Below are positions 1-9,428 of a stretch of DNA of 64,000 nucleotides, in pieces (within the stretch, counting starts at the first letter, position 1; the number at the start of each line of letters is the position of its first letter). A model generated the notes under the pieces. It was not told the origin of the DNA. It saw nothing but the letters and a program-made list of their open reading frames with translations, and ran no database searches. The stretch spans positions 64,001 to 128,000 of the forward strand of contig JAVJNR010000006.1 of assembly GCA_040217195.1 (NCBI GenBank), read 5' to 3'. Source of the DNA: Leptospiraceae bacterium (GTDB taxonomy: Bacteria; Spirochaetota; Leptospiria; Leptospirales; Leptonemataceae). Position numbers and translations under genes: made by a program.

Positions 1-1
1 T

Positions 2-613
2 CGGATTGGCATGCACTAGACTATGCGTTTCCTGCGGACGCCATTGAAGCAGTGCATGCTGGGCTTCCAGGCAGGCTTCACTATCTCTTCGCAAGAACGA
101 GTTCATTCCGCGAAGCACCAGATCCACCGTGGAAATTCCATAAAACTGTTCGTCCAGAGTTACTACGAAAGGGTCAAAACGGTTTTCTTCCGGACGAGCC
201 ATCAAAGCGCTGGATGCTTCGCTCAGTGTGGCATGCGCATCCATGATCACCGGGCCGGTACGCATCATGGATTTCAATTTTACATCAGGGCGCAGCATTA
301 GCTCTCGACTGTAATGGTTCTTACTTAGAATGGCCAGAAACTGGTTTCGCAGAGTGTAGCCGCTGATCCTGCCCTGATTGTCCTGAACGGGTAGATAGTG
401 CAGGTTTGGATAATTTCTATAGAGCTCATAGGTTTGTACGGCCGGATCATCTTCGCAGGGAAGGTTATAGTCATAGCCGGAAAGTTCCTGCAGGCGATGT
501 ACGGTAAGTACCTTTCGTCCCACCTCAAAGGCAGAGAAGATGGGCAATGGTCCTGAACTACCGGGATCTCTGAGCGCTTCTGTGTATTGGTCTGCGATGG
601 CAGTACTCTGCAT
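2..613 (-). CDS. CBS-domain signalling protein, N-terminal part (runs off left edge; possibly fused to a PP2C/SpoIIE-type output)
   Basis: Not in the ORF track because it has no stop in the window. Hand translation of the minus strand from ATG at 613 is open to the edge: MQSTAIADQY...YLPVQDNQGRISGY...PVIMDAHATLSEASSALMARPEENRFDPFVVTLDEQFYGISTVDLVLRG...DSEACLEAQHALL. This reads as a CBS pair followed by a linker like those preceding SpoIIE domains. Confidence 0.7.
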   Translation of the reverse strand, partial: MQSTAIADQYTEALRDPGSSGPLPIFSAFEVGRKVLTVHRLQELSGYDYNLPCEDDPAVQTYELYRNYPNLHYLPVQDNQGRISGYTLRNQFLAILSKNHYSRELMLRPDVKLKSMMRTGPVIMDAHATLSEASSALMARPEENRFDPFVVTLDEQFYGISTVDLVLRGMNSFLRRDSEACLEAQHALLQWRPQETHSLVHANP

Positions 614-630
614 GCTACCAGTGAGGTTCT

Positions 631-685
631 ATTCTGTTACACTGTTATGACTGTTTGTGCATCTATGTTTAACACTTTGCTTACA
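631..685 (-). promoter_or_regulatory. Candidate OmpR/PhoB-type direct-repeat site (Pho-box-like)
   Basis: Minus strand reads TGTAAGCAAAG TGTTAAACATA GATGCACAAAC AGTCATAACAG TGTAACAGAAT, an 11-nt register with GTCAT/GTAAC half-sites just upstream of the CBS gene. Confidence 0.35.
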
Positions 686-910
686 ATTTGCATGCAACCT
701 GTCCTGTGTACAGGTGCTGTTCTCCTTCCGGGGGCCCCGAATTCTTTCTCCCGTCATGGTTTTTCACTCTTTGAGATCCAAAAAAACTGATTGGGCCCCA
801 CTGTCGGGCCTGGACGTTTCCGTGGATTGATACCTGGAAGGGGAGCTGGTCCGGTTGTTTCGTTGCGGGTTTTTACTTGTAGATACCGGCCCCTGACCGC
901 TTCTGCATCC

Positions 911-1672
911 ATGAGCGAAAAACCATTTAAAGGAAAAGTGGCTCTAGTCACTGGTTCTGCGCGAGGTATTGGACGATCCATTGCCGAGGATTTTGCAGAA
1001 TGGGGAGCCGACCAGGTAATCCTGGATATGAATCAAGAGGACTGCGATAAGACTGCGCAGGAAATCTCTTCACAGTTTGGTGTGAAAGCTGTAGGTGTAG
1101 CCTGCAATGTTACGAATAAGGAGCAGGTAGGCCAGGCTGCGGATAAGATCAAGGCCGAGTTCGGTGGCCTGAATTTCCTGGTAAACAATGCCGGTATCCT
1201 CAGGGACAATCTTCTGATTCGTATGAAGGAAGAAGACTGGGATATTGTTATGGATGTGAATCTCAAGGGGCCATTTCTGGTTACCCAGGGCATGCTTCGC
1301 ATGCTGATGAAAGCGGAAGGCGGTGGTCGAATCGTGAATATCAGCTCCGTTTCTGGCCTGGTGGGTCAGGCAGGTCAGGCCAACTATTCCTCAAGTAAGA
1401 GCGGATTGATTGGCTTTACGAAAGTTGTGGCTCGTGAGTACGCATCCAAAGGCTTGCTTTGTAATGCTATTTGTCCGGGCTATGTTCAAACCGATCTGAC
1501 CGGAGGGCTAACCGAGGAAGTTCAGGAAATGCTGAAAGAATCCATCCCTCTGGGGCGTGCTGGTCGCGTGGAGGACATTTCTCGTGTGGTTCGATTCCTC
1601 TGCTCCGACGACGCTTCCTTTATAACAGGAAACGTGATCCGAGTGGATGGCGGAACAGCCATAGGAATGTAA
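911..1672 (+). CDS. fabG: 3-oxoacyl-ACP reductase (SDR family)
   Basis: TGSARGIG, NNAGILRD, GQAGQANYSSSK (YxxxK) and ITGNVIRVDGG. Start moved to ATG 911 (MSEKPFKGK). Confidence 0.9.
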   Translation: MSEKPFKGKVALVTGSARGIGRSIAEDFAEWGADQVILDMNQEDCDKTAQEISSQFGVKAVGVACNVTNKEQVGQAADKIKAEFGGLNFLVNNAGILRDNLLIRMKEEDWDIVMDVNLKGPFLVTQGMLRMLMKAEGGGRIVNISSVSGLVGQAGQANYSSSKSGLIGFTKVVAREYASKGLLCNAICPGYVQTDLTGGLTEEVQEMLKESIPLGRAGRVEDISRVVRFLCSDDASFITGNVIRVDGGTAIGM

Positions 1673-1780
1673 TCTGTATGAAAGTTATTCACGGTCGGCC
1701 TGTATTATTGCAACGCCGGCCGTGAATAAATGCAGCATAAAACGCTTGCCATATTGTATCGATCATTACAGGGTCCGGGA

Positions 1781-2827
1781 ATGGACCGAGAACTGCTGTA
1801 TCCGGAGCGATCCCTACCATTAAAATTCGAGCCTGAAGAACCGAAAGAAAGGACTCTGACTGGCCTGTTGGATTGGATACAAAAGAATCGATTACAGTTA
1901 AATGAGCTTCTGGTGCTCCATGGTGCTCTGCTATTCAGAGGGTTTCCGGTCTGGGAACCAGAAGAATTTGAAGCTGTGGCCCGTGCCCTGGAGCCGGACC
2001 TAAAAAATGCCGCATACCATGGCACAGCCCCCAGAAATAGCCTCACCGATTACGTTCAGAGTTCTGTAGAGCTCCCCGGGTATTACCCCATTCCCCAGCA
2101 CATAGAGATGAGCTATCTGAAGAACAAGGCCAATCGGTTGTTCTTCTGGTCCATGCTCCCGGCCCGGAGTGGTGGGGAGACTCCAGTCACAGACTTCCGC
2201 CAGGTGTACAGGGATCTTCCTGCTGAAGTGGTTGAAGCTTTCGAAACTCGTAACGTTAAGATTATTAGGAACTACAGTGGACCCGGGGAAAAGAGCCGGT
2301 TTGATTTACTTCAATTTAAAGGCTGGGATGAGATTTTTCATACAACCGAGAGGGAAGAAGTGGAGCGTCAATGTGCGCTTAGCGGCACTACGCCAGTCTG
2401 GAAAAAAGAGAATTCGCTATGTTTGATCAACAATCAATCCGCCGTGCGATCCCATCCTGATACCGGCGAACCGGTCTGGCATAACCATTCCCAGGCCTTT
2501 CATATCTCTACCGCTGTAGCTGAATACCGAAGATTAATCAAGTATACAAAGAAGCCGGCTCTTTTCTTTTTTATGCTTCTTGCAGGTGTCATGAACCGGC
2601 TACAAACACTTCGAAAACCCAGAGAAGACCTGGCATTACATTGCCAGTTTGAAGACGGAGGCGAAATTCCAGATTCCTACATGGAAGCTGTGAGGGATGC
2701 AATCTGGAAGAATACCGTAATCTTTCCCTGGCAGAAGGGCGATGTGCTGGCAATCGATAATCATTCCACGGCTCATGGACGAATGCCGTTTCGCGGACCG
2801 CGAAAGACTGCTCTGTGCTACGCATAA
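1781..2827 (+). CDS. TauD/TfdA-family Fe(II)/2-oxoglutarate dioxygenase (SyrP/clavaminate-synthase-like)
   Basis: HGALLFRGF, HxE motif (PQHIEMSY), GGETP and WQKGDVLAIDNHSTAHGRMPF. Start is 1781 or 1730. Confidence 0.85.
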   Translation: MDRELLYPERSLPLKFEPEEPKERTLTGLLDWIQKNRLQLNELLVLHGALLFRGFPVWEPEEFEAVARALEPDLKNAAYHGTAPRNSLTDYVQSSVELPGYYPIPQHIEMSYLKNKANRLFFWSMLPARSGGETPVTDFRQVYRDLPAEVVEAFETRNVKIIRNYSGPGEKSRFDLLQFKGWDEIFHTTEREEVERQCALSGTTPVWKKENSLCLINNQSAVRSHPDTGEPVWHNHSQAFHISTAVAEYRRLIKYTKKPALFFFMLLAGVMNRLQTLRKPREDLALHCQFEDGGEIPDSYMEAVRDAIWKNTVIFPWQKGDVLAIDNHSTAHGRMPFRGPRKTALCYA

Positions 2828-2829
2828 AT

Positions 2830-3768
2830 ATGTCAAACCTACAGGACGTACAACTCAACCTTAATATCGAAGCATTGCTTCTGTTAAACCTGATACTTGC
2901 GATTATCATGTTTGGCGTAGCTCTGGACCTGCGATTCCGGGACTTCAAGATAGTATTCCATCTCCCCAGGGCTCCGTTGATCGGTCTGGTGGCCCAATTT
3001 CTGTTGCTGCCGGCTTTTACCTATCTGTTGGTTCAGATATTAGATCCTGAGCCCGGCATGGCTCTTGGAATGATCCTGGTCGCAACCTGTCCGGGGGGGA
3101 ATGTTTCTAACGTAATGACGCATCTGGCTCGTGGAAACACCGCTCTATCTGTTAGTATGACTGCTATTTCTTCGGCTGCTGCGGTAATTCTTACTCCGAT
3201 TAATTTTGCCTTCTGGGGTTCTCTGGATCCTGCACATGCGGCTTTGCTTCAGGAGCTGGATGTCAATCCGTTGCAGATCTTTTTTAGCGTGGTTCTGGTG
3301 CTCGGTGTTCCGCTTTTAATCGGTATGACCGTGGCGGCTCGATATCCGAAATTCGCCGCTCGCGCTCGAAACCACATTCGATATCTATCATACTTCTTCT
3401 TTCTTGGATTTATTGCTGTAGCGTTCGGTATGAATGGGGACTACTTTGTTGAATTCATTGGACTTATCTTCCTGGGTGTGTTTCTGCATAATGCAATGGG
3501 CTTCGCACTGGGGTATGGGTCGGCCCGCCTTCTTGGCATCCAGAAACGTGATGCCCGGGCCATCAGCCTGGAAACGGGAATACAGAATGCAGGTCTGGCT
3601 CTGGCGCTGGTTCTGACCTACTTTTCTGAGCAGGGAGGCATGGCGATTATTGCTGGCTGGTACGGAATCTGGGAATTAATTGCCGGGCTCATTCTTGCTG
3701 CCATTTGGGCAAGAAGGGCTCCCGCAACAGAGGATTCCGATTTGCTCAATAAGTCCCAGGGCAAATGA
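2830..3768 (+). CDS. Bile acid:sodium symporter (BASS) family transporter
   Basis: IMFGVAL, CPGGNVSN, ARGNTALSVSMT and SLETGIQNAGLA motifs, with many TM helices. ATG lies 2 nt after the TauD stop. Confidence 0.9.
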   Translation: MSNLQDVQLNLNIEALLLLNLILAIIMFGVALDLRFRDFKIVFHLPRAPLIGLVAQFLLLPAFTYLLVQILDPEPGMALGMILVATCPGGNVSNVMTHLARGNTALSVSMTAISSAAAVILTPINFAFWGSLDPAHAALLQELDVNPLQIFFSVVLVLGVPLLIGMTVAARYPKFAARARNHIRYLSYFFFLGFIAVAFGMNGDYFVEFIGLIFLGVFLHNAMGFALGYGSARLLGIQKRDARAISLETGIQNAGLALALVLTYFSEQGGMAIIAGWYGIWELIAGLILAAIWARRAPATEDSDLLNKSQGK

Positions 3769-3841
3769 GGAAACCTCGGGTCAGAGCAGGGCAAGCATGT
3801 CCAGCTACGATAGATTCTCCTGCGTGTTCAGGCTGAATCGA

Positions 3842-4189
3842 TTAAATAGCCTCTTCGCCTCGTTCACCGGTGCGAATTCGAATGCACTGTTCCATGGGAA
3901 TTATGAAGATCTTTCCATCCCCAATCTTTCCTCCCCCGGCGGTGCGGGCCGATTCAATCAGTGCCTCCACTGCATTTTCGGCCAGATCATCCGGTACAGC
4001 AATTTCAAGACGCAGCTTTTTTACTAGATGGATGAATACTTCGCGACCGCGAAATACCTCTCTATATCCCTTTTGCTGACCGTACCCCTGTGCATCGGAA
4101 ACCGTCAGTCTATAGATTTCATGCCGGTTCAATGCATCTCGCACTTCTTCCAGACGATGCGGCTGTATTATCGCTATGATTAGTTTCAT
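3842..4189 (-). CDS. P-II nitrogen regulatory protein (GlnB/GlnK family)
   Basis: MKLIIAIIQP, QGYGQQKG and GKIGDGKIF...IRIRTGERGEEAI signatures. Confidence 0.95.
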   Translation of the reverse strand: MKLIIAIIQPHRLEEVRDALNRHEIYRLTVSDAQGYGQQKGYREVFRGREVFIHLVKKLRLEIAVPDDLAENAVEALIESARTAGGGKIGDGKIFIIPMEQCIRIRTGERGEEAI

Positions 4190-4383
4190 AGACCCCCTCG
4201 CTTAGTTTCACTTACTTCCTTCTGCCGCAGGCGGTATTCTGATTCGATGGCCTTCGATAGATCCACAGACGATTCCGCTCTTTTTTATTTTATATAGTTC
4301 TAATTCCGGACAGCTACCTCGCAGCTACTATTCATCCAATAAACCAGATTCAAATCCACAGAAATGCAATCAGGATTTCTCGA

Positions 4384-5460
4384 TCAATCCGAGACCTGAA
4401 GTCCCATGGCTCGCAATTCCCGTTTAATCACTGCCAGACCGATACTGGGATCCAGCTTCTTGATCTGTTCGGCCTGGCCCTGCCTTACGTTCTCCTGGAT
4501 CTCTTCGGATTCAAGTACAAAAGAAAGTGTTTCAGCAATGGCCGGGTAATCTCTTCCATTAATCAAGATGCCTCCCGAGCCCAGGGTTTCCGGTACAGCG
4601 GCTGCAGCTCTTGCAACAACCGGAATCTCCATATGCATGCATTCAGCCAGAGGAACACAAAAGCCTTCATGATCGCTCATGGAGAAAAACAATTGAGCTG
4701 CCTCATAGCAAGCCATCACTTCCTGGTCTGACACCATACCGGTAAACACTACATCCCGATTCAAATTCAGTTCTGTAATAAGGTTACGTATCTCTGCCGT
4801 GTAGGCACGAACCCCGGGATGAAAGGATCCCACACATATGAGCTTCGCATCTGGCTGAATCTTTTTTAGAAAATAGAAGGACTTGATCAAGTCCTGATGC
4901 ATTTTATTTGGAAAGATTCTACCGACGAATACTATGTTCGTATTCCCAGGCTGCAGATAGGGCAATGCCGATTTTTCATGCTGCTTCCGGGGCCGTGGAA
5001 AGAATACAGGCTTTACTGCAATGTTTTCATAACCCAGCTTTCGCAGTTCCCCTGCATTGTAATTGGATACAGTTATGACTCTGGAAAAATGGGGCTTTAG
5101 ATCTCTCAGTGTTTCTCTGGCCTGGTCCAGGGCATCTGCCAGTCTTCGATTATAGGGCCTTACATATTTGCCAGGGGTTATATTATGGAATACCATGAGC
5201 TTCTGCCCTGTCAGACGAGGAAGCCGGTCCAGCATGCGAGTGAAGAAAGAATAATGGTAGATTAGTATTGAATCTGCTGCCGGCCGGTAATTGCTGAAGT
5301 GGCGGACCCTGGAGGCATCCTTCTCCGCAAAGTTTTCGCTAAAGATATCCGATTGGTATCCCTGCTTTCGCAGAAAGTCCTGAATGATCAATGCTTCATT
5401 GGATATCGCATCACCGGCAGCAAAACCGGCGCAGAATTGGTCAACGGAGAAGCGAGGCAT
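4384..5460 (-). CDS. Glycosyltransferase family 4 (GT-B)
   Basis: GDAISN, FHNITP, FVGRIFPNK and SDHEGFCVPLAEC (ExF...E motif). Confidence 0.85.
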   Translation of the reverse strand: MPRFSVDQFCAGFAAGDAISNEALIIQDFLRKQGYQSDIFSENFAEKDASRVRHFSNYRPAADSILIYHYSFFTRMLDRLPRLTGQKLMVFHNITPGKYVRPYNRRLADALDQARETLRDLKPHFSRVITVSNYNAGELRKLGYENIAVKPVFFPRPRKQHEKSALPYLQPGNTNIVFVGRIFPNKMHQDLIKSFYFLKKIQPDAKLICVGSFHPGVRAYTAEIRNLITELNLNRDVVFTGMVSDQEVMACYEAAQLFFSMSDHEGFCVPLAECMHMEIPVVARAAAAVPETLGSGGILINGRDYPAIAETLSFVLESEEIQENVRQGQAEQIKKLDPSIGLAVIKRELRAMGLQVSD

Positions 5461-5470
5461 GGGGATAGGG

Positions 5471-5881
5471 TCAGGGAAATTCCTGGGCTGTGCGAATGCT
5501 TTTGCAATCAGGGTTGGACTTCAGAGCATCCAGTCTGGCGGTGCAATCTTCCGAGGCCTCCAGAGTATCGCTGCATCTGGTATATCGATCGAGAATGGTG
5601 CCTTCATCCATTAGTTCCTGCAGACCTGCAATCTTCTGATATTGCCCGGAAAGACATAGATCTCGGTCCATTCGTTGCAAGAACAGATCCCTTTTCTGAG
5701 GCTGATCCTTCATTTTCTGGGCCATATCTTCTTTCAGGCATTCAACTATAGCGTTGCAGAATCGATCTGCAGTTGCCTGATACCTGGCTTCGATAGATGG
5801 ATCAGGTTTTTCCACGCACCCGGCCAGGAACATGATGCAACCTGCCAGGAGTAATGATGTGCCACGAATCACTGGGTTCAT
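5471..5881 (-). CDS. Cys-rich leptospiral-type lipoprotein, function unknown
   Basis: Start moved to MNPVIRG. Signal peptide with FLAGC lipobox and a helical Cys pattern (FCNAIVEC...DLC...RC...DC...PDC). The longer ORF would overlap the globin gene. Confidence 0.65.
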   Translation of the reverse strand: MNPVIRGTSLLLAGCIMFLAGCVEKPDPSIEARYQATADRFCNAIVECLKEDMAQKMKDQPQKRDLFLQRMDRDLCLSGQYQKIAGLQELMDEGTILDRYTRCSDTLEASEDCTARLDALKSNPDCKSIRTAQEFP

Positions 5882-5995
5882 ATATCCGTTGCAGGTTCGC
5901 TGAGCCAGCACTTGAGGCAAGTAGATAATATTTGAACCACAGCGCTGATCAGGGACCTGAATTGACTTCAACAATGCTGCCGGGAAACTGTCCCT

Positions 5996-6445
5996 GTGCA
6001 GGATATCTATGTCCCTCCAGGCGGTCCACCCCAGGGTGCACCGCCACCTCGAGAAATCTTCAGCATCCTTGGCGAGTCTGGCATCCGCTCTTTGCTTCGA
6101 GCCCATTATCGAAATCTGGCCAGGTCCCCGATTCACTTTCTGTTCCCCTCGGAAGAGGATGCACTGATGGCTGCGGCCGATAAATCAGCGGACTTTTTTA
6201 TACAGCTGATGGGTGGGCCGCCACTGTTTGTGCAAAAACATGGCCCTCCCAGAATGCGTGCCAGGCACATGCCCTTTGAGGTTACGGAATCCGGCCGGCA
6301 GGAATGGCTTAAATGCTTTCAGGAGGCTCTGGAGGAAGAGTCCTTTCCGGCGGAGCATCGGCAGGCATTTGATGCATTCCTGGATTCCTTTTCTGCCTGG
6401 ATGGTGAATTCCCGGGGCTCTGATCTGGGAGAGGGGTACCGATAG
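5996..6445 (+). CDS. Truncated (2/2) hemoglobin, group II-like
   Basis: FFIQLMGGPPLF..HGPPRMRARHMPF and EWLKCF...WMVN motifs. Confidence 0.85.
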   Translation: MQDIYVPPGGPPQGAPPPREIFSILGESGIRSLLRAHYRNLARSPIHFLFPSEEDALMAAADKSADFFIQLMGGPPLFVQKHGPPRMRARHMPFEVTESGRQEWLKCFQEALEEESFPAEHRQAFDAFLDSFSAWMVNSRGSDLGEGYR

Positions 6446-6566
6446 GCTGCATTAGAGCTTCCTATCGGTTCGGGTTGCTCCGGTCATCCGAATGTCCTAC
6501 CTTTCAGGTCGCATCCAAAGCGCCGTATTTCCTTGACCTACCATAGCCCTTCGGAAGCATTCCTGC

Positions 6567-8510
6567 ATGGAGAAGGATTCTCTCTACTACCTGGTCCGGG
6601 ATACCGTGGCCACCTATGCAGAACGACCCTGTTACTGGGTGAAGGCTGACGGTCAGAACTTTTCTGCTGTCACTTACTTCAACTGGCGGGCCGATATGAA
6701 ACGCTTTCAGGCCTATTTGCTTTATGATATTGAAGTGGCCCATGGCGAAAAGGTGGGCTTGCTATGCGACAATCGATACGAGTGGAATCTTGTTAGCCTG
6801 GGAATCGATGGCATTGGCGCTATCGATGTTCCCCGGGGATGCGATGCCACAGACCAGGATATTGAATATATACTGAATCATACGGAATGCCCTGTGCTGG
6901 TGGTGGAGCATGAAAGGATGCTTAAGACCATCCTGAAGCTACTTCCTAAACTGGGATCTTTAAAGCATATTATATCCATTGATCCTCCCGAAAAACATAA
7001 GAAGCTGGAGGACCACCACGCTGTACTGAAGAATGCAGGTATTCAGCATCACTTTCTGGTGGATATGCTCGATCGAGGCGAAGAGCTTCTCAATGAGCAT
7101 GGAGAAGCTCTACTGAAGCGCCGAGGTGAGGCTATTGCTCCTAACGACCTTGCTACTATAATCTATACCAGCGGTACAACTGGAACTCCTAAAGGTGTAA
7201 TGCTGGAACATCGTAGTTTTTGCTGGGAAGTATCTCAGATGCAGCAAGTGCTTCCCATGAGCGAGGAAGACCGGGTTGTTATTTTTCTTCCTCCCTGGCA
7301 TATAGCTGAGCGATTGCTGGAAGTAACATTGATTGCCTGTGGTTCCAGTATGGCAAATTCATCCATTATTCAGCTGGCCGGTGACCTATCGGCTGTGAAG
7401 CCAACCTGCCTGGTAAGTGTTCCCCGGGTCTGGGAACAGTTGCATAAAAGAGTAATGGATAATGTGCGCAAGCAGCCAGAGAAGAAGCAAAAGCTCTTCC
7501 AGTTTGCAACCAATGTGGCTCAGACTAGAATGGACATAGTGGATGCACTTTCGGATCGCTTCGCGGAGACCGAAGAGGTGACTTCTCAGGAAAGATTAAT
7601 CCGAAAGATTATCGCTATGGCTCTTCTGATTCCGTTTGGTATTCTTAACGTTGCTGCGCAGCTAATACTCAAGAAAGTCAAAAGCATCTTTGGCGGCAGG
7701 ATGAAGTTTGCCATCTCCGGAGCGGGCGCGCTGCCCGAGCATGTGGCCGTATTCTTTCGATCCATCGGTATACCCATTCTTGATGGCTATGGTATGACTG
7801 AAACCACGGGTGTTGCAGCCATTGGAAGATTGCCCTGGCCTCGTCGAAGCTGTGTAGGAGAACCGCTGCCGGGCGCGCAAATCCAGCTAAGGGATGATCA
7901 GGGCCGTCCAATTACACAGCCCGGCCAGAAAGGTGTGGCGTGGCATAAGGGACCTCATGTAATGAGAGGCTATTACAAGAATAAAGAAAAGACCGATGAG
8001 ATCCTAAAAGATCGATGGCTTAACTCCGGTGATATCTTTATGTGGACTACTGCAGGCGAAATCAAGTTTGCCGGTAGAGCAAAAGATACAATTGTTCTTG
8101 GTGGCGGCGAGAATGTCGAGCCAGGGCCCATTGAGATCAAACTTGGTGCAAGCGAATTCGTTTCACAGGTTATGGTGGTGGGCCAGGACAAGAAAACCCT
8201 GGGAGCTCTTATTGTTCCCAATGTGGACAGGGTAAAAGAAGAGCTGGGGGACTCATTACAGGTGCCGGAGGATCTGGCGGCCTGGAACGAAAGTAAAGAG
8301 CTCCACAAATTCTTTGCCAGCATTGTGAAAGATGCGGTTAGCACCCAAAACGGATTCAAAGCTTTCGAGAAAGTCACAACTTTCGCTTTCCTTCCCAAAG
8401 AACTGGAAAAGGGAAAAGAGATGACCGAAACCATGAAGATCAAGCGAAACGTTGTGCTGGAGCAATATGAATCTCTAATTGAACATATGTACAACCATCA
8501 CGGAGTTTGA
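6567..8510 (+). CDS. Long-chain fatty acid-CoA ligase (AMP-dependent synthetase)
   Basis: IIYTSGTTGTPKGVML, DGYGMTE, SGD, GRAKDTIVL.GGENVEP and TMKIKR. Confidence 0.9.
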   Translation: MEKDSLYYLVRDTVATYAERPCYWVKADGQNFSAVTYFNWRADMKRFQAYLLYDIEVAHGEKVGLLCDNRYEWNLVSLGIDGIGAIDVPRGCDATDQDIEYILNHTECPVLVVEHERMLKTILKLLPKLGSLKHIISIDPPEKHKKLEDHHAVLKNAGIQHHFLVDMLDRGEELLNEHGEALLKRRGEAIAPNDLATIIYTSGTTGTPKGVMLEHRSFCWEVSQMQQVLPMSEEDRVVIFLPPWHIAERLLEVTLIACGSSMANSSIIQLAGDLSAVKPTCLVSVPRVWEQLHKRVMDNVRKQPEKKQKLFQFATNVAQTRMDIVDALSDRFAETEEVTSQERLIRKIIAMALLIPFGILNVAAQLILKKVKSIFGGRMKFAISGAGALPEHVAVFFRSIGIPILDGYGMTETTGVAAIGRLPWPRRSCVGEPLPGAQIQLRDDQGRPITQPGQKGVAWHKGPHVMRGYYKNKEKTDEILKDRWLNSGDIFMWTTAGEIKFAGRAKDTIVLGGGENVEPGPIEIKLGASEFVSQVMVVGQDKKTLGALIVPNVDRVKEELGDSLQVPEDLAAWNESKELHKFFASIVKDAVSTQNGFKAFEKVTTFAFLPKELEKGKEMTETMKIKRNVVLEQYESLIEHMYNHHGV

Positions 8511-8620
8511 TGCGCAGGCCGGATGCGTAAACTTAGCATTCGCATCTGTGCTTCGCACGCTTGCAGCCTGTAACCTGGAAATCTCTGGAAAGCACAGCCA
8601 GTTCAAAAATTCTAGTCTTC

Positions 8621-9412
8621 GTGAGCATCTTTACAATCATTTCCCCCGCGAAGCGTCTGGGTAGTATAGAGCGAACGGCGAAGATGCCCCATGAGTCTAC
8701 CGTTCCTGAGTTTGAAAGCAGAGCGCAAAATCTTGCCTCGGTGCTATCCAGAAAAACCGTCCCTCAGCTCATGGAATTAATGAGTATCAGCAAAAACCTG
8801 GGCGAATTGAACCTGGAGCGATATAAAACGTTTCCTGCGAATCTGGAAAGCTCTCATGCAAAAGAAGCCATACTTCAGTTCCAGGGCGATGTATTCCAGG
8901 GTCTTGAGCTAGCCAGCTATGGGGCAAGAGACAATAAGTATCTGAAAGATCACCTGGGGATTCTATCTGGAATGTATGGTATTCTAAGACCATTTGATAA
9001 GATGCATCCATATCGCCTGGAAATGGGATCTCGTTTATCTGTGGATGGTGCTGCAAACCTTTATCAATTCTGGGGACATCGGATTACAGATGCTTTGAAT
9101 ACCAGACTGAAGGAGTCTGGATCCAGGGTACTTATGAATCTGGCCTCGGAAGAGTATTCCAGGAGTGTGGATTTTTCCAGCATTCAGGCCTCCATAGCCT
9201 CCGTGGACTTTCTGGATTTTCGAAATGGAAAGTGGAAAGTTATATCCACCAATGCCAAGCGCGCACGAGGGATAATGCTAAATTGGATTATCACGACTCG
9301 CCCGGCATCCATATCTGCCCTAAAGAAGTTCAAGGATGGTTACGAATTTTCCGAGGAAGTGGCCGACTCAAATGGAGTGCACAGACTGATTTTTCATAGG
9401 ATGGAGTCCTAG
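8621..9412 (+). CDS. yaaA: YaaA family peroxide-stress/DNA-binding protein
   Basis: IISPAK, GDVF.GL, SGMYGILRP.D...YRLEMG, NLASEEY and AKRARG. GTG start at 8621 is likely. Confidence 0.85.
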   Translation: MSIFTIISPAKRLGSIERTAKMPHESTVPEFESRAQNLASVLSRKTVPQLMELMSISKNLGELNLERYKTFPANLESSHAKEAILQFQGDVFQGLELASYGARDNKYLKDHLGILSGMYGILRPFDKMHPYRLEMGSRLSVDGAANLYQFWGHRITDALNTRLKESGSRVLMNLASEEYSRSVDFSSIQASIASVDFLDFRNGKWKVISTNAKRARGIMLNWIITTRPASISALKKFKDGYEFSEEVADSNGVHRLIFHRMES

Positions 9413-9428
9413 GAAGTTCCGGGGAGCT

